DNA of 52,365 nucleotides from a virus (taxonomy: Duplodnaviria; Caudoviricetes), in IMG/VR virus record IMGVR_UViG_3300007960_000033, positions 1 to 52,365 of that record; one strand, written 5' to 3'. Positions 33,809 to 44,264 of this stretch are shown one piece after another (position 1 is the first letter of the stretch; each line of letters begins with the position of its first letter). The notes beneath the pieces are model-generated. The model saw only the letters and a list, made by a program, of their open reading frames with translations. It had not been told where the DNA came from and made no database searches. The position numbers and the translations under genes are program-made.

Positions 33809-35451
33809 GTGAAGTATACTTAGGTAATCCCAATCTAAAAAAAGCAAATACACAGATTGAGTTTACGCAAGATCAAATTGAAGAATTTATTAAATGTAAA
33901 GATGATCCTGTGTATTTTGCACATAACTATATTAAGATTGTTTCTCTTGATGAAGGTCTAACTCAGTTTCATCCATACGACTTTCAAGAAAATTTAATCA
34001 AAAATTTCCACAATAATAGATTTAATATCTGCAAAATGCCAAGGCAGACTGGTAAATCTACAACTGTAGTTTCATATTTGTTACATTATCTGATTTTTAA
34101 TGATAGCGTTAATATTGGTATTCTAGCAAACAAAGCGGCAACTGCAAGAGAACTTCTTGGTAGATTAGCAACTGCTTATGAAAATTTGCCTAAATGGATG
34201 CAACAAGGTATCATAGCATGGAATAGAGGTAACATTGAGTTAGAAAATGGATCAAAGATTTTGGCTGCTTCTACGTCTGCAAGTGCTGTCCGAGGTATGT
34301 CGTTTAACATCCTCTTTCTCGACGAGTTCGCTTTTGTCCCAAATCACATTGCTGACTCGTTTTTTGCCTCTGTTTATCCTACTATTACTTCTGGTAAAAA
34401 CACAAAAGTAATCATGGTTTCTACTCCTCACGGTATGAACCATTTTTATAGATTTTGGCATGATGCAGAAAGAAAGAAAAACGAATATATTCCAACAGAA
34501 GTACATTGGTCCGAAGTTCCTGGAAGAGATGCTGCATGGAAAGCTCAAACTATAGCAAACACTTCAGAGCAGCAGTTTAAAGTTGAGTTTGAATGTGAGT
34601 TTCTAGGTTCTGTTGATACTCTTATTGCACCTAGCAAACTCAAATCTATGATATATGATAATCCAATCAAACAAAATGTTGGATTAGATGTTTATAAGGA
34701 AGTAGAAAAAAATCACGATTATGTTATTACGGTAGACGTAGCTAGAGGAGTTAGTGAAGATTATTCTGCATTTATAGTTGTAGATATAACAGAATTTCCT
34801 CATAAAGTAGTTGCAAAGTATAGAAATAATGAGATAAAACCTATGCTATTTCCGAATATCATATATGACGTTGCAAAAAACTACAATGGAGCGTATATTC
34901 TTTGTGAAGTTAATGATATTGGAGATCAAGTAGCAAGTATTATCCAATACGATTTAGAATATCAAAATCTTCTTATGTGTTCTATGAGAGGTAGAGCAGG
35001 TCAAATTGTAGGTCAGGGTTTTAGTGGTAAAAAGACTCAACTTGGTGTAAAAATGTCTAAAACCGTAAAAAAAGTTGGTGCTCTCAATCTAAAAACTATG
35101 ATTGAAGAAGATAAACTAATATTTAATGACTATGAAATAATCTCAGAGTTAACTACATTTATACAAAAAAATAATTCATTTGAAGCTGAAGATGGATGTA
35201 ATGATGACCTAGCAATGTGTCTTGTGATTTATGCATGGTTAGTTGCTCAAGATTATTTTAAAGAACTAACAGATCAAGATATTAGAAAAAGATTATATGA
35301 AGAACAAAAAAACCAAATAGAACAGGATATGTCCCCATTTGGTTTTATTGTTGATGGTTTAGATGAAGGATCCTCTTTTGTAGATCCTGATGGCGATAGA
35401 TGGTTTACTGATGAATATGGTGACATGTCGTACATGTGGGATTATAGATAA
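33805..35451 (+). CDS. gp17: Terminase large subunit
   Basis: YLGNPNLK; Walker A RQTGKST; Walker B FLDEFAF; nuclease motifs DVARG and DDLAM; uninterrupted. Confidence 0.97.
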   Translation: MSEVYLGNPNLKKANTQIEFTQDQIEEFIKCKDDPVYFAHNYIKIVSLDEGLTQFHPYDFQENLIKNFHNNRFNICKMPRQTGKSTTVVSYLLHYLIFNDSVNIGILANKAATARELLGRLATAYENLPKWMQQGIIAWNRGNIELENGSKILAASTSASAVRGMSFNILFLDEFAFVPNHIADSFFASVYPTITSGKNTKVIMVSTPHGMNHFYRFWHDAERKKNEYIPTEVHWSEVPGRDAAWKAQTIANTSEQQFKVEFECEFLGSVDTLIAPSKLKSMIYDNPIKQNVGLDVYKEVEKNHDYVITVDVARGVSEDYSAFIVVDITEFPHKVVAKYRNNEIKPMLFPNIIYDVAKNYNGAYILCEVNDIGDQVASIIQYDLEYQNLLMCSMRGRAGQIVGQGFSGKKTQLGVKMSKTVKKVGALNLKTMIEEDKLIFNDYEIISELTTFIQKNNSFEAEDGCNDDLAMCLVIYAWLVAQDYFKELTDQDIRKRLYEEQKNQIEQDMSPFGFIVDGLDEGSSFVDPDGDRWFTDEYGDMSYMWDYR

Positions 35452-35452
35452 T

Positions 35453-35680
35453 ATGGATTTATCAAACCATTTTAATGAAGAGCATTTATATTTAACAGAA
35501 AGAACTTGTAAAAAATGTGGTAAAAGAAAAGATCTTATTGATGGATTTTATAAAATAAGAAGGAATAAATACAATCTATCTTCTTATGCATATGAGTGTA
35601 AAGAATGTACAATAAAAAGGGTAATATCAAATAGAATGACACCTAAAGTCAATGATAAGTGGGAATATCCTGATTGGTAG
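35453..35680 (+). CDS. Small zinc-finger protein, 75 aa
   Basis: Probable start ATG35453; CKKC...CKEC; ends WEYPDW. Confidence 0.8.
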   Translation: MDLSNHFNEEHLYLTERTCKKCGKRKDLIDGFYKIRRNKYNLSSYAYECKECTIKRVISNRMTPKVNDKWEYPDW

Positions 35681-35721
35681 TTGTTCATGCATTGTTTTAT
35701 CAACTGAAAGTATACGTATTA

Positions 35722-35728
35722 CTAAATA
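35722..35728 (+). promoter_or_regulatory. Late promoter
   Basis: CTAAATA upstream of the GGAG Shine-Dalgarno and gp18. Confidence 0.65.
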
Positions 35729-35764
35729 TTTTTAGATAAACTGAGTAATACGGAGAACTAAAAA

Positions 35765-37972
35765 ATGGCAACTCCTCAATTATCTCCTGGCGTATTAGTC
35801 AGGGAAGTTGATTTAACTGTAGGAAGAGCTGATAATGTACTTGATAATATTGGTGGTATTTGCGGACCTTTTGTTAAGGGACCTGTAAATGATGTTACCG
35901 ACATCACCACTGAGCAAGAACTGATTGATGTTTTTGGAAGACCTCAATCTACGGATGCACAATATGAGTATTGGATGTCAGCTTCAGCATTTCTTTCCTA
36001 TGGAGGAGTTCTGAAAGTTGTTAGAACTGGAGATGATCAGTTCAAAAATGCTTCTGCTATTAGAGGTCCTGGAGGTGTTTCTATTGCATCAACATCTGCT
36101 TTAAAGATTTTAAACTATGAAAACTATGAAGAGTTTTGGGCAGATGACATTGCAGACTATATTTTTGCAGCAAAAAATCCTGGTTCTTGGTCAAATGATT
36201 TAAAAATTTGCGTTATTGATGACAAAGCAGATCAAATTCTTAATGTTGGAGCAGCTGCAACTGCTAATATTGTTGTTGGTTATGCTGTTTCAACAGCACT
36301 AACAAGTATTCCTTCTGCTGGTATCGGAACAACTTCTCTATTCACTGGTAGTTTAAGAGGAATAGTAACAGGAGTTGGTAATAGCACTATTGATGTTAAA
36401 GTTACTGGACTAGTATCTACAAACGGAGTTGTTACTCCAATATCATATAAAGAAAGAAGTCAACTAAGATCTTTTAGACCAGGAAATACAATCGTTGTCT
36501 TAGGATCATCTGGAAATGTGATTTCAAATGCTTCTGCAACTTTAGGAAGTGCAGAATCTGATGCTACAGATTGGTATGATGAACAAATAATTGAGTTAGA
36601 AAATGCGAAAATTTTATGGAGATCCATCGCTCCAAAACCAACTACAAGTCAGTTTGTAGCAGAAAGAAATGGTAAAAATGATGCTATGCATATAGCAGTC
36701 ATTGATGATACTGGTAATGTTACTGGTATTCAGGGAAATCTTTTAGAAAAGCACCTATTTTTATCAAAAGCAACTGATGCAACTTCTTCTGAAAATGCAC
36801 CATTAAAAATATGGTGGAAAGAATATATTGCAAAATATTCCGATTATATTTTTGTCGGTGATAATCCTTCCGATAATCTTTACACATATGAAGAAGTTGT
36901 TGCTACTGGATTTTCAACAAACTTCTCTCCAGTAAGTGATTCTGATGGTAGCTGGAATGAACCAGCTCAGAGCAAAACTTTTAGTGCTCTTGGAAATGTC
37001 ACATATACTTTAAGTGGTGGACTTGATTATAATGCTAAAACATCTATTACAGAGACTCAATCATTAGAAGCAGATTTGGGTAGTATCTTCACTTCATATA
37101 ATCTATTTGAAGATAAAGATGAAGTTGAAGTTGATTATTTAATCATGGGTCCAGGCATGAATAATAAGTTTGCTTCACAAGCAAAGGCAAATCATTTAAT
37201 TGCCCTTGCAAATGGAAGAAAAGATTGTATTGCAGTTATTTCTCCTCATAGAGATGATCTTGTAAATGTTTCAAACAAAAATAGACAAACAGATAATATT
37301 ATTGAGTTTTTTGCTCCTCTAGAATCTTCATCTTATGCAATATTTGATAGTGGATATAAGTATACTTACGATAGATTCAATAATAAGTTCCGTTATGTTC
37401 CTTGCAACGCTGATATTGCTGGATTGTGTGTGAGAACTTCAATTTTTGCATATCCTTGGTTCTCTCCTGCAGGTCAGCAAAGAGGATTATTAAATAATGC
37501 TATTAAACTTGCATATAATCCAACAAAACCACAAAGAGATAAGTTATATCCTGCAAGAATTAACTCTGTTGTTAATAAACCAGGAATAGGAATTATGTTG
37601 TTTGGTGATAAAACTGCTCTTGGATATGCATCTGCATTCGATAGAATTAATGTTCGTCGTTTATTCTTAACTGTTGAACAAGCACTTCAAAGATCTGCTG
37701 AAGCTCAGTTATTCGAACTAAATGATGAGATTACAAGAGCGAACTTTGTGAACATTGTTGAACCATATCTAAGAGATATTAAAGCTAAAAGAGGTTTATA
37801 TGGTTTCTTAGTTGTATGTGATGAATCAAATAATACCCCAGATGTTATTGATAATAATGAGTTTAGAGCAGACATCTTCTTGAAGCCTGCTAAGTCTATT
37901 AACTATGTAACTCTAACATTCGTAGCAACTAGAACAGGTGTTGCGTTTGAAGAAGTTGTTGGAACTGTTTGA
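35765..37972 (+). CDS. gp18: Tail sheath protein
   Basis: LSPGVLVREVDLT; PWFSPAG; FDRINVRRLF; FVATRTG. Confidence 0.97.
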   Translation: MATPQLSPGVLVREVDLTVGRADNVLDNIGGICGPFVKGPVNDVTDITTEQELIDVFGRPQSTDAQYEYWMSASAFLSYGGVLKVVRTGDDQFKNASAIRGPGGVSIASTSALKILNYENYEEFWADDIADYIFAAKNPGSWSNDLKICVIDDKADQILNVGAAATANIVVGYAVSTALTSIPSAGIGTTSLFTGSLRGIVTGVGNSTIDVKVTGLVSTNGVVTPISYKERSQLRSFRPGNTIVVLGSSGNVISNASATLGSAESDATDWYDEQIIELENAKILWRSIAPKPTTSQFVAERNGKNDAMHIAVIDDTGNVTGIQGNLLEKHLFLSKATDATSSENAPLKIWWKEYIAKYSDYIFVGDNPSDNLYTYEEVVATGFSTNFSPVSDSDGSWNEPAQSKTFSALGNVTYTLSGGLDYNAKTSITETQSLEADLGSIFTSYNLFEDKDEVEVDYLIMGPGMNNKFASQAKANHLIALANGRKDCIAVISPHRDDLVNVSNKNRQTDNIIEFFAPLESSSYAIFDSGYKYTYDRFNNKFRYVPCNADIAGLCVRTSIFAYPWFSPAGQQRGLLNNAIKLAYNPTKPQRDKLYPARINSVVNKPGIGIMLFGDKTALGYASAFDRINVRRLFLTVEQALQRSAEAQLFELNDEITRANFVNIVEPYLRDIKAKRGLYGFLVVCDESNNTPDVIDNNEFRADIFLKPAKSINYVTLTFVATRTGVAFEEVVGTV

Positions 37973-38010
37973 TAAACACTTAACATAACTACTAAGGAGG
38001 CACTAAAAAA

Positions 38011-38631
38011 ATGGCAACCCTAAAAAGCTTATCCCAGTTCAAATCTAAGTTGATTGGTGGAGGAGCAAGACCAAATCTTTTTGAAGTTCAACTACCTTCT
38101 ATCCCTGGTGGTATCGACTTAGGAATTCAAGGAGATGGTACTGGAGTATATGATTCAGAAAACTTTACATTTTTATGTAAAGCAGCAGCTCTTCCTGCAT
38201 CTACCATAAATCCAATCGAAGTTCCATTCAGAGGTCGTACATTGAAAGTTGCTGGAGACAGAACTTTTGATGTTTGGACAATCACTGTTATTAATGATGA
38301 AGCTTTTGATCACAGAAGAGTATTTGAATCTTGGATGCAAAATGTAAATCAGTATTCTGATCATAGTGGAATAACAAATCCAAACGATTATATGACAGAT
38401 GCTACTGTTCTTCAACTTGGTAGAGCATCAATCGGTAGAGAAACTGGAACAGGAACTGGTGGAAATGCAAATGTTCTAGCACAATACAAGTTTAAGGATA
38501 TTTTCCCAACTAGTATTTCTGCTATTGATCTTTCATATGAAAATACGGACACCATTGAAGAGTTTACTGTCGAATTCCAAGTACAATTCTGGTATCCAGA
38601 AAGAGCTGGAACTAACGTTGCTCAAGGATAA
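38011..38631 (+). CDS. gp19: Tail tube protein
   Basis: GGGARPNLFEV; VPFRGR.LKVAGDRTF; IEEFTVEF. Confidence 0.96.
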   Translation: MATLKSLSQFKSKLIGGGARPNLFEVQLPSIPGGIDLGIQGDGTGVYDSENFTFLCKAAALPASTINPIEVPFRGRTLKVAGDRTFDVWTITVINDEAFDHRRVFESWMQNVNQYSDHSGITNPNDYMTDATVLQLGRASIGRETGTGTGGNANVLAQYKFKDIFPTSISAIDLSYENTDTIEEFTVEFQVQFWYPERAGTNVAQG

Positions 38632-38670
38632 TAAATAATATATACAATAAGTAGTATATAGGACTTAATA

Positions 38671-40308
38671 ATGGCGAGATTGTTTGGATTCTCAATTGAT
38701 GATAACAAAGATAACTCTAAAGATCTGATATCCCCCATTCCTCAAAATAATGAGGATGGGGTTGATTATTATCTAACAAGTGGATTTTTTGGAACATCAG
38801 TTGATATTGAGGGAGTATATAAAACTGAGCATGATTTAATCAAAAGATATAGAGAAATGTCTCTACATCCAGAAGTTGATAGCGCCATTGAAGATATTGT
38901 AAATGAAGCTATAGTATCTGATACATATGATGTTCCTGTTCAGATTGAGTTATCAAATTTAAATGCTAGTGAGAGTTTAAAAACAAAAATCAGAGAAGAG
39001 TTTAAAAATATTTTAGATATTTTAGATTTTGACAAAAAATGTCATGAGATTTATAGAAACTGGTATATTGATGGTAGAATTTATTATCATAAAGTAATAG
39101 ATATTAAAAATCCACAGGAAGGAATACAAGAATTAAGGCATATTGATGCCTTAAAAATGAGATACGTTAGGGCAAAAAAGAAAAAAAATAACTTAGATAT
39201 TAACATTGTATCTAAAAAGGATGATCCAATGAACTTGGATTTTCCAATCATTGATGAGTATTTTGAATACACACCAAAAACTAGCGGATTAAATACTCAA
39301 AATAATCCATCAGGTGCTATAAAAATTGCAAAAGATGCTGTTTCATATTGCAGTTCTGGATTAGTAGATAGAAATAAAAATACTGTTCTTTCATATTTAC
39401 ATAAGTCCATCAAAGCTCTCAATCAACTAAGAATGATTGAAGACTCTCTGGTTATTTACAGATTATCCAGAGCACCAGAACGTCGTATATTTTATATTGA
39501 TGTTGGCAACTTACCAAAAGTAAAAGCAGAACAATATTTGCGTGACGTAATGATGCGTTATCGCAACAAGCTAGTTTATGATGCAAATACTGGAGAAATA
39601 AGAGATGACAAAAAGTACATGTCAATGCTTGAAGATTTTTGGTTGCCTCGCAGAGAGGGTGGAAGGGGAACAGAAATCTCAACTTTGCCAGGAGGCCAAA
39701 ATCTTGGAGAAATCACTGATATTGAATATTTTAAGAAAAAACTATACAGAGCACTTAATGTTCCACCCTCAAGAATGGATGGAGAAGGTGGGTTTAACTT
39801 GGGCAGATCTTCTGAAATCTTAAGAGATGAACTTAAGTTTACTAAGTTTGTTGGACGTTTAAGAAAAAGATTTTCAAATCTATTCAATGATATGTTGAGA
39901 ACTCAGTTACTTTTAAAAAATGTTGTGACTCCAGAAGATTGGGAAAAAATGTCTCAGCATATACAGTATGACTTCTTATATGATAATCACTTCTCAGAGT
40001 TAAAAGAATCTGAACTATTAACAGAAAGATTAAATCTAGCAGTTACTGCTGAGCCATATGTTGGTAGATATTTTTCTCAGGATTATTTGAGAAGAAAAAT
40101 TCTTCGCCAGACTGATGAAGAAATAATAGAGCAAGATAAACTTATTAAAAAAGAAATCAAAGATGGTGTTATTCCTGATCCAAGCATACCAGTAGATCCA
40201 GAAACTGGAATGCCAATGGATACTATGAACGGAGAAATGGGACAAGTTCCTTTAGAACCTCAGATTGATGAAAAACCTGTGCAAGCTCCTAAAGGAGGAG
40301 AGATATAA
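38671..40308 (+). CDS. gp20: Portal vertex protein
   Basis: YRLSRAPERRIFYIDVGNLPK; EDFWLPRREGGRGTEI; ATAAATA late box at 38631-38637. Confidence 0.98.
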   Translation: MARLFGFSIDDNKDNSKDLISPIPQNNEDGVDYYLTSGFFGTSVDIEGVYKTEHDLIKRYREMSLHPEVDSAIEDIVNEAIVSDTYDVPVQIELSNLNASESLKTKIREEFKNILDILDFDKKCHEIYRNWYIDGRIYYHKVIDIKNPQEGIQELRHIDALKMRYVRAKKKKNNLDINIVSKKDDPMNLDFPIIDEYFEYTPKTSGLNTQNNPSGAIKIAKDAVSYCSSGLVDRNKNTVLSYLHKSIKALNQLRMIEDSLVIYRLSRAPERRIFYIDVGNLPKVKAEQYLRDVMMRYRNKLVYDANTGEIRDDKKYMSMLEDFWLPRREGGRGTEISTLPGGQNLGEITDIEYFKKKLYRALNVPPSRMDGEGGFNLGRSSEILRDELKFTKFVGRLRKRFSNLFNDMLRTQLLLKNVVTPEDWEKMSQHIQYDFLYDNHFSELKESELLTERLNLAVTAEPYVGRYFSQDYLRRKILRQTDEEIIEQDKLIKKEIKDGVIPDPSIPVDPETGMPMDTMNGEMGQVPLEPQIDEKPVQAPKGGEI

Positions 40309-40338
40309 ATAATAATATTGTAATATCAAAACAAAATC

Positions 40339-40515
40339 ATGGATGAACTAATGGATATGATTATTGCTGATGATTCACCAGCAAATATCAGCGATAAAAT
40401 TAAAGATCTTTTATATTCAAAAGCATCAGAAAGAGTAACTTCTTTAAAACCTTCTGTTTCAAACTCTATTTTTGGTAGTGATGAATCAGAAGAATATTTT
40501 GACGGTGAAGAATAA
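40339..40515 (+). CDS. Small acidic protein, 58 aa, at the gp67/gp68 prohead-core position (not in supplied track)
   Basis: MDELMDMIIADDSPANISDKIKDLLYSKASERV...GEE; TATAAATA late box at 40304-40311. Confidence 0.8.
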   Translation: MDELMDMIIADDSPANISDKIKDLLYSKASERVTSLKPSVSNSIFGSDESEEYFDGEE

Positions 40516-40535
40516 AAACTTATTTTTTTAAAACC

Positions 40536-40814
40536 ATGTCACAAAGAACATTATTAATTGATGGAGAAAATGCTCTAACAGTAAATGCATCAGATGTAAA
40601 TACTGCATCAAATGCTACTTGTTTAAGAGTATGGAATGGTCATACAGGTGTTTCTACAGTAAGTATTGCTAAAAGCACTATTTCTGGATATGCAAGCACA
40701 TGCACTATGACAATGGCATCTGAATCTGTTGAATTTGTTGAGAAAGGACCACAAGATATTATTTGGTCATCTAACACTGCAGTAAAAGTAGCAAAAGTAG
40801 CATTTACAAGTTAA
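40536..40814 (+). CDS. Hypothetical protein, 92 aa
   Basis: Clean ORF between the portal and protease genes. Confidence 0.8.
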   Translation: MSQRTLLIDGENALTVNASDVNTASNATCLRVWNGHTGVSTVSIAKSTISGYASTCTMTMASESVEFVEKGPQDIIWSSNTAVKVAKVAFTS

Positions 40815-40819
40815 AAAAA

Positions 40820-41470
40820 ATGAAACTAATAAGAGAAGAGATTGAAAAAGTAGAGCTTATTACAGAAGGAACTGGAAAGGAAGCTAAACTTTATATCAAA
40901 GGACCATTTTTACAAGCAGAATGTGTTAATAGAAATGGTCGTATGTATCCTATGTCCATTATGGAAAAGGAAGTGAAGCGTTATAATGAACAATATGTTT
41001 TAAAGGGACGTGCTCTTGGAGAGCTTGGTCATCCAGATGGACCTACTGTAAATCTTGATAGAGTTTCACATAAGATTGTAGATCTTCAAAAAGAAGGAAA
41101 CAATTTTGTTGGAAAAGCACAAATTCTTTCAACTCCAATGGGTAAGATTGCAGAATCTTTACTTAAAGATGGAGTTACTCTTGGAGTTTCTTCTCGTGGT
41201 ATTGGTTCTTTAATCACTACAAAAGAAGGATATAAACAAGTAGGTGAAGATTTCATGCTTGCTACAGCAGCTGATATTGTTGCTGATCCTTCAGCACCTG
41301 ATGCATTTGTTCAGGGAATTATGGAAGGAAAAGAGTGGGTATGGGAGGGTGGAATTCTCCGCGAAAAATATGCTGAGCAAGTAAAAAGAAGAGTAAATCA
41401 TCTTGTTGATCAGAAAAAACTTGATGAACATAAGATTGATTTATTTAATAACTTCTTAAATTCACTATAA
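40820..41470 (+). CDS. gp21: Prohead protease
   Basis: NRNGRMYP; ALGELGHP; GVSSRG.GS; DIVADPSAPDA. Confidence 0.97.
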   Translation: MKLIREEIEKVELITEGTGKEAKLYIKGPFLQAECVNRNGRMYPMSIMEKEVKRYNEQYVLKGRALGELGHPDGPTVNLDRVSHKIVDLQKEGNNFVGKAQILSTPMGKIAESLLKDGVTLGVSSRGIGSLITTKEGYKQVGEDFMLATAADIVADPSAPDAFVQGIMEGKEWVWEGGILREKYAEQVKRRVNHLVDQKKLDEHKIDLFNNFLNSL

Positions 41471-41494
41471 TTTATCTAGTGGAAATTAATAAAG

Positions 41495-41506
41495 TATAAA
41501 TAAATA
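41495..41506 (+). promoter_or_regulatory. Late promoter for the scaffold/capsid operon
   Basis: TATAAATA (exact T4 late consensus) overlapping a second ATAAATA. Confidence 0.8.
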
Positions 41507-41544
41507 TAGATTTCATAACGTAAAAGGTAATCGGAGAGTTTTAA

Positions 41545-42693
41545 ATGTCTAGTGGAAACAACTTACAAGAAATGGAAGTAGGCACTGCTCAATCCAAGAC
41601 CGCCGTTAATTCTGGCGCTAAAGCTGGAGATCCAATGCCAAAGCTTGCTGCTGGAGCAGTAGCAGGTCAAAGTGGATCCTGGGAGGATCTTGGTGGACCT
41701 ACACCAGAAAACTACAAGTCTGACGACGATTCAGCAAAATTTAAAGAGCCTTCACTAAAGACTGTGAAGGATGTAGTAAACAGAGGCGCTAAGCCTGCTG
41801 AACCAATGGAAAAACTTCCTGCTGGAGCAGTTAAAGAAGAAGAAGAGATTGATGATGAATTAATCTCTGAGGAAGAAGATGAAATTGATAATGAAGAAGT
41901 GATTGCTGAAGAAGAAGTCGATGAAGAAGTTGAAGAAGAGACAGAAGAAGTTGAAGATGAGTATGATATCGAAGAAGATGTTAATGCTATCTTAAATACT
42001 GAAGAAGTCGAACTCTCCGAAGAATTTAAAGAAAAGGCAAAGTTAGTATTTGAATCTGCACTAAAGTCTAAAGTTGCTGAAATCAAAGAGCAACTCGAAG
42101 AGCATTATGAAAATGCATTAGCAGAAGAAGTTGCTGAAATTAAAACAGCACTTCAAGAACGTGTCGATTCATATCTAGAGTATGTTGCAGATGAGTGGAT
42201 TTCTGAAAATCAACTCTCTGTTGAAAAAGGTCTAAAAGAAGAACTCTCTGAGTCCTTCATGAATGGTCTAAAAGACCTTTTTGAAGCACATTATGTATCA
42301 ATCCCTGAAGAGAAATATGATGTACTTAATAGTATGGTAGAAAAACTTGATGAAATGGAGACAAAACTCAACGAGCAAATTGAGAAGAACATTTCACTCA
42401 ACAAGCGTCTTGCAGAGTCGGTTGCTGATGGAATCTTTGATAACGTTTCAGAGGGTCTAGCACTCTCTCAAAAAGAAAAGCTCGCTTCACTTGCTGAAAG
42501 TGTTGAGTTTGGAAGTGAAAAAGAATATCGTGAAAAGTTGGTAGCTTTGAGGGAATCATATTTCCCATCAAAAACTTCTACCCCAAAAGCAAAGGCAGAA
42601 AATCTAACTGAAGAAGCAGATATCAATGCTGAGTATATCTCAGAGCAGATGAATGCATATCTACAGATGGCTTCTAAAATTGCTAAAAACTGA
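41545..42693 (+). CDS. gp22: Prohead scaffold (core) protein
   Basis: Acidic coiled coil; LSEEFKEKA..FESA; VDSYLEYV; lies between gp21 and gp23. Confidence 0.93.
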   Translation: MSSGNNLQEMEVGTAQSKTAVNSGAKAGDPMPKLAAGAVAGQSGSWEDLGGPTPENYKSDDDSAKFKEPSLKTVKDVVNRGAKPAEPMEKLPAGAVKEEEEIDDELISEEEDEIDNEEVIAEEEVDEEVEEETEEVEDEYDIEEDVNAILNTEEVELSEEFKEKAKLVFESALKSKVAEIKEQLEEHYENALAEEVAEIKTALQERVDSYLEYVADEWISENQLSVEKGLKEELSESFMNGLKDLFEAHYVSIPEEKYDVLNSMVEKLDEMETKLNEQIEKNISLNKRLAESVADGIFDNVSEGLALSQKEKLASLAESVEFGSEKEYREKLVALRESYFPSKTSTPKAKAENLTEEADINAEYISEQMNAYLQMASKIAKN

Positions 42694-42734
42694 ATTTAAT
42701 ATTAAATCAAACACACTTTAAGAGGTAAACCGCA

Positions 42735-44177
42735 ATGTTTCAATCAGAAAGATTGCAGGAAAAGTGGGCACCCCTTCTTAACCATGAGGGTCTTGATCCA
42801 ATCAAAGATTCACATAGAAAGGCTGTAACTGCTGTCCTGCTAGAAAACCAAGAAAAATTCCTAAGAGAGCAACAAGCTTTCAATCAGTCAGGTTCATTCC
42901 TTACTGAATCTCCAACAATGTCAGCTGGCACTGGTGGATTTACAGGTGCTTCCGCTGAAGGCGGTCCTGTAGCTGGTTTTGATCCCGTACTGATTTCTCT
43001 AATCAGACGTTCTATGCCTAACCTGGTCGCTTATGACCTCGCTGGCGTTCAACCAATGACTGGTCCTACTGGACTAATCTTTGCAATGCGTTCACGCTAT
43101 ACTGATCAGAATGGTCAGGAAGCACTATTTGATGAAGCAGATACTCGCTTCTCTGGTCAGAATACTGCTGGCGATCTTGCACAAACTGGATATACCAGCC
43201 CATCTGGTGATGTCGGTATTGGTACAACTGCAGCACAATCTGGCAACACCAACCCAGGTCTTCTAAACGCTTCTGGCGAGTATAACGTTTCTGGTGGTAT
43301 GAACACTGGAGATGCAGAAGGTCTAGGTTATGGTGACAATGCAGGTTTCAACGAAATGGCCTTCTCAATCGAGAAGATCACCGTTGCTGCAAAGTCAAGA
43401 GCACTCAAAGCTGAGTATTCACTAGAACTCGCTCAAGACCTCAAGGCAATCCACGGTCTAAATGCTGAGGCAGAACTTGCTAACATTCTTTCTAGCGAGA
43501 TTCTTGCTGAAATCAACCGTGAAGTTATCCGTAGCATCTACATCACTGCAGAAGCTGGTGCTCAGCAGAATGTTGCTGTTTCTGGTCAGTTTGACCTTGA
43601 TGTTGACTCCAACGGTCGTTGGTCAGTTGAGAAGTTCAAGGGTCTACTTTTCCAAATCGAGCGCGATGCTAACCAAATCGCAACCAGAACTCGTCGTGGA
43701 AAGGGCAACATCATCCTCTGCTCCGCAGATGTTGCTTCCGCTCTAACCATGGCAGGTGTACTTGATTATACCCCTGCACTAAATGCAAACCTCAACGTAG
43801 ATGATACTGGCAATACCTTTGCTGGTACTCTAATGGGCAAGTATCGCGTATATATTGACCCATATGCTGCTAACCTAACTAATCGTTCTGGTAGTGCTGG
43901 CAACGTTGGTGGTAACCAGTATTATGTTGTAGGTTATAAGGGTTCTTCCCCTTATGATGCAGGTCTATTCTACTGCCCATATGTACCCCTACAGATGGTA
44001 CGTGCAGTTGGAGAAAACTCCTTCCAGCCTAAGATTGGATTTAAGACTCGTTATGGTCTTGTTGCTAATCCATTCGCTGAAGGTGGACTTGCTTCTGGCG
44101 CATCAACCACACTTGGTCGCCTTGCAGCAGACACCAACCGTTATTACAGAAGAGTTCTTGTTAAGAACCTTATGTGA
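42735..44177 (+). CDS. gp23: Major capsid protein
   Basis: GVQPMTGPTGLIFAMR; SRALKAEYSLELAQDLKAIHGL; FQPKIGFKTRYG. Confidence 0.99.
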   Translation: MFQSERLQEKWAPLLNHEGLDPIKDSHRKAVTAVLLENQEKFLREQQAFNQSGSFLTESPTMSAGTGGFTGASAEGGPVAGFDPVLISLIRRSMPNLVAYDLAGVQPMTGPTGLIFAMRSRYTDQNGQEALFDEADTRFSGQNTAGDLAQTGYTSPSGDVGIGTTAAQSGNTNPGLLNASGEYNVSGGMNTGDAEGLGYGDNAGFNEMAFSIEKITVAAKSRALKAEYSLELAQDLKAIHGLNAEAELANILSSEILAEINREVIRSIYITAEAGAQQNVAVSGQFDLDVDSNGRWSVEKFKGLLFQIERDANQIATRTRRGKGNIILCSADVASALTMAGVLDYTPALNANLNVDDTGNTFAGTLMGKYRVYIDPYAANLTNRSGSAGNVGGNQYYVVGYKGSSPYDAGLFYCPYVPLQMVRAVGENSFQPKIGFKTRYGLVANPFAEGGLASGASTTLGRLAADTNRYYRRVLVKNLM

Positions 44178-44205
44178 TCCAAACCTAATAGGTTTAAATA
44201 TACAC

Positions 44206-44232
44206 AGAGACCCGAAAGGGTCTCTTTTTTTA
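44206..44232 (+). terminator. Intrinsic terminator after gp23
   Basis: AGAGACCC-GAAA-GGGTCTCT followed by a T run. Confidence 0.92.
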
Positions 44233-44264
44233 TCTTTATCTAAATACTTAAAAACAATAAAAAA

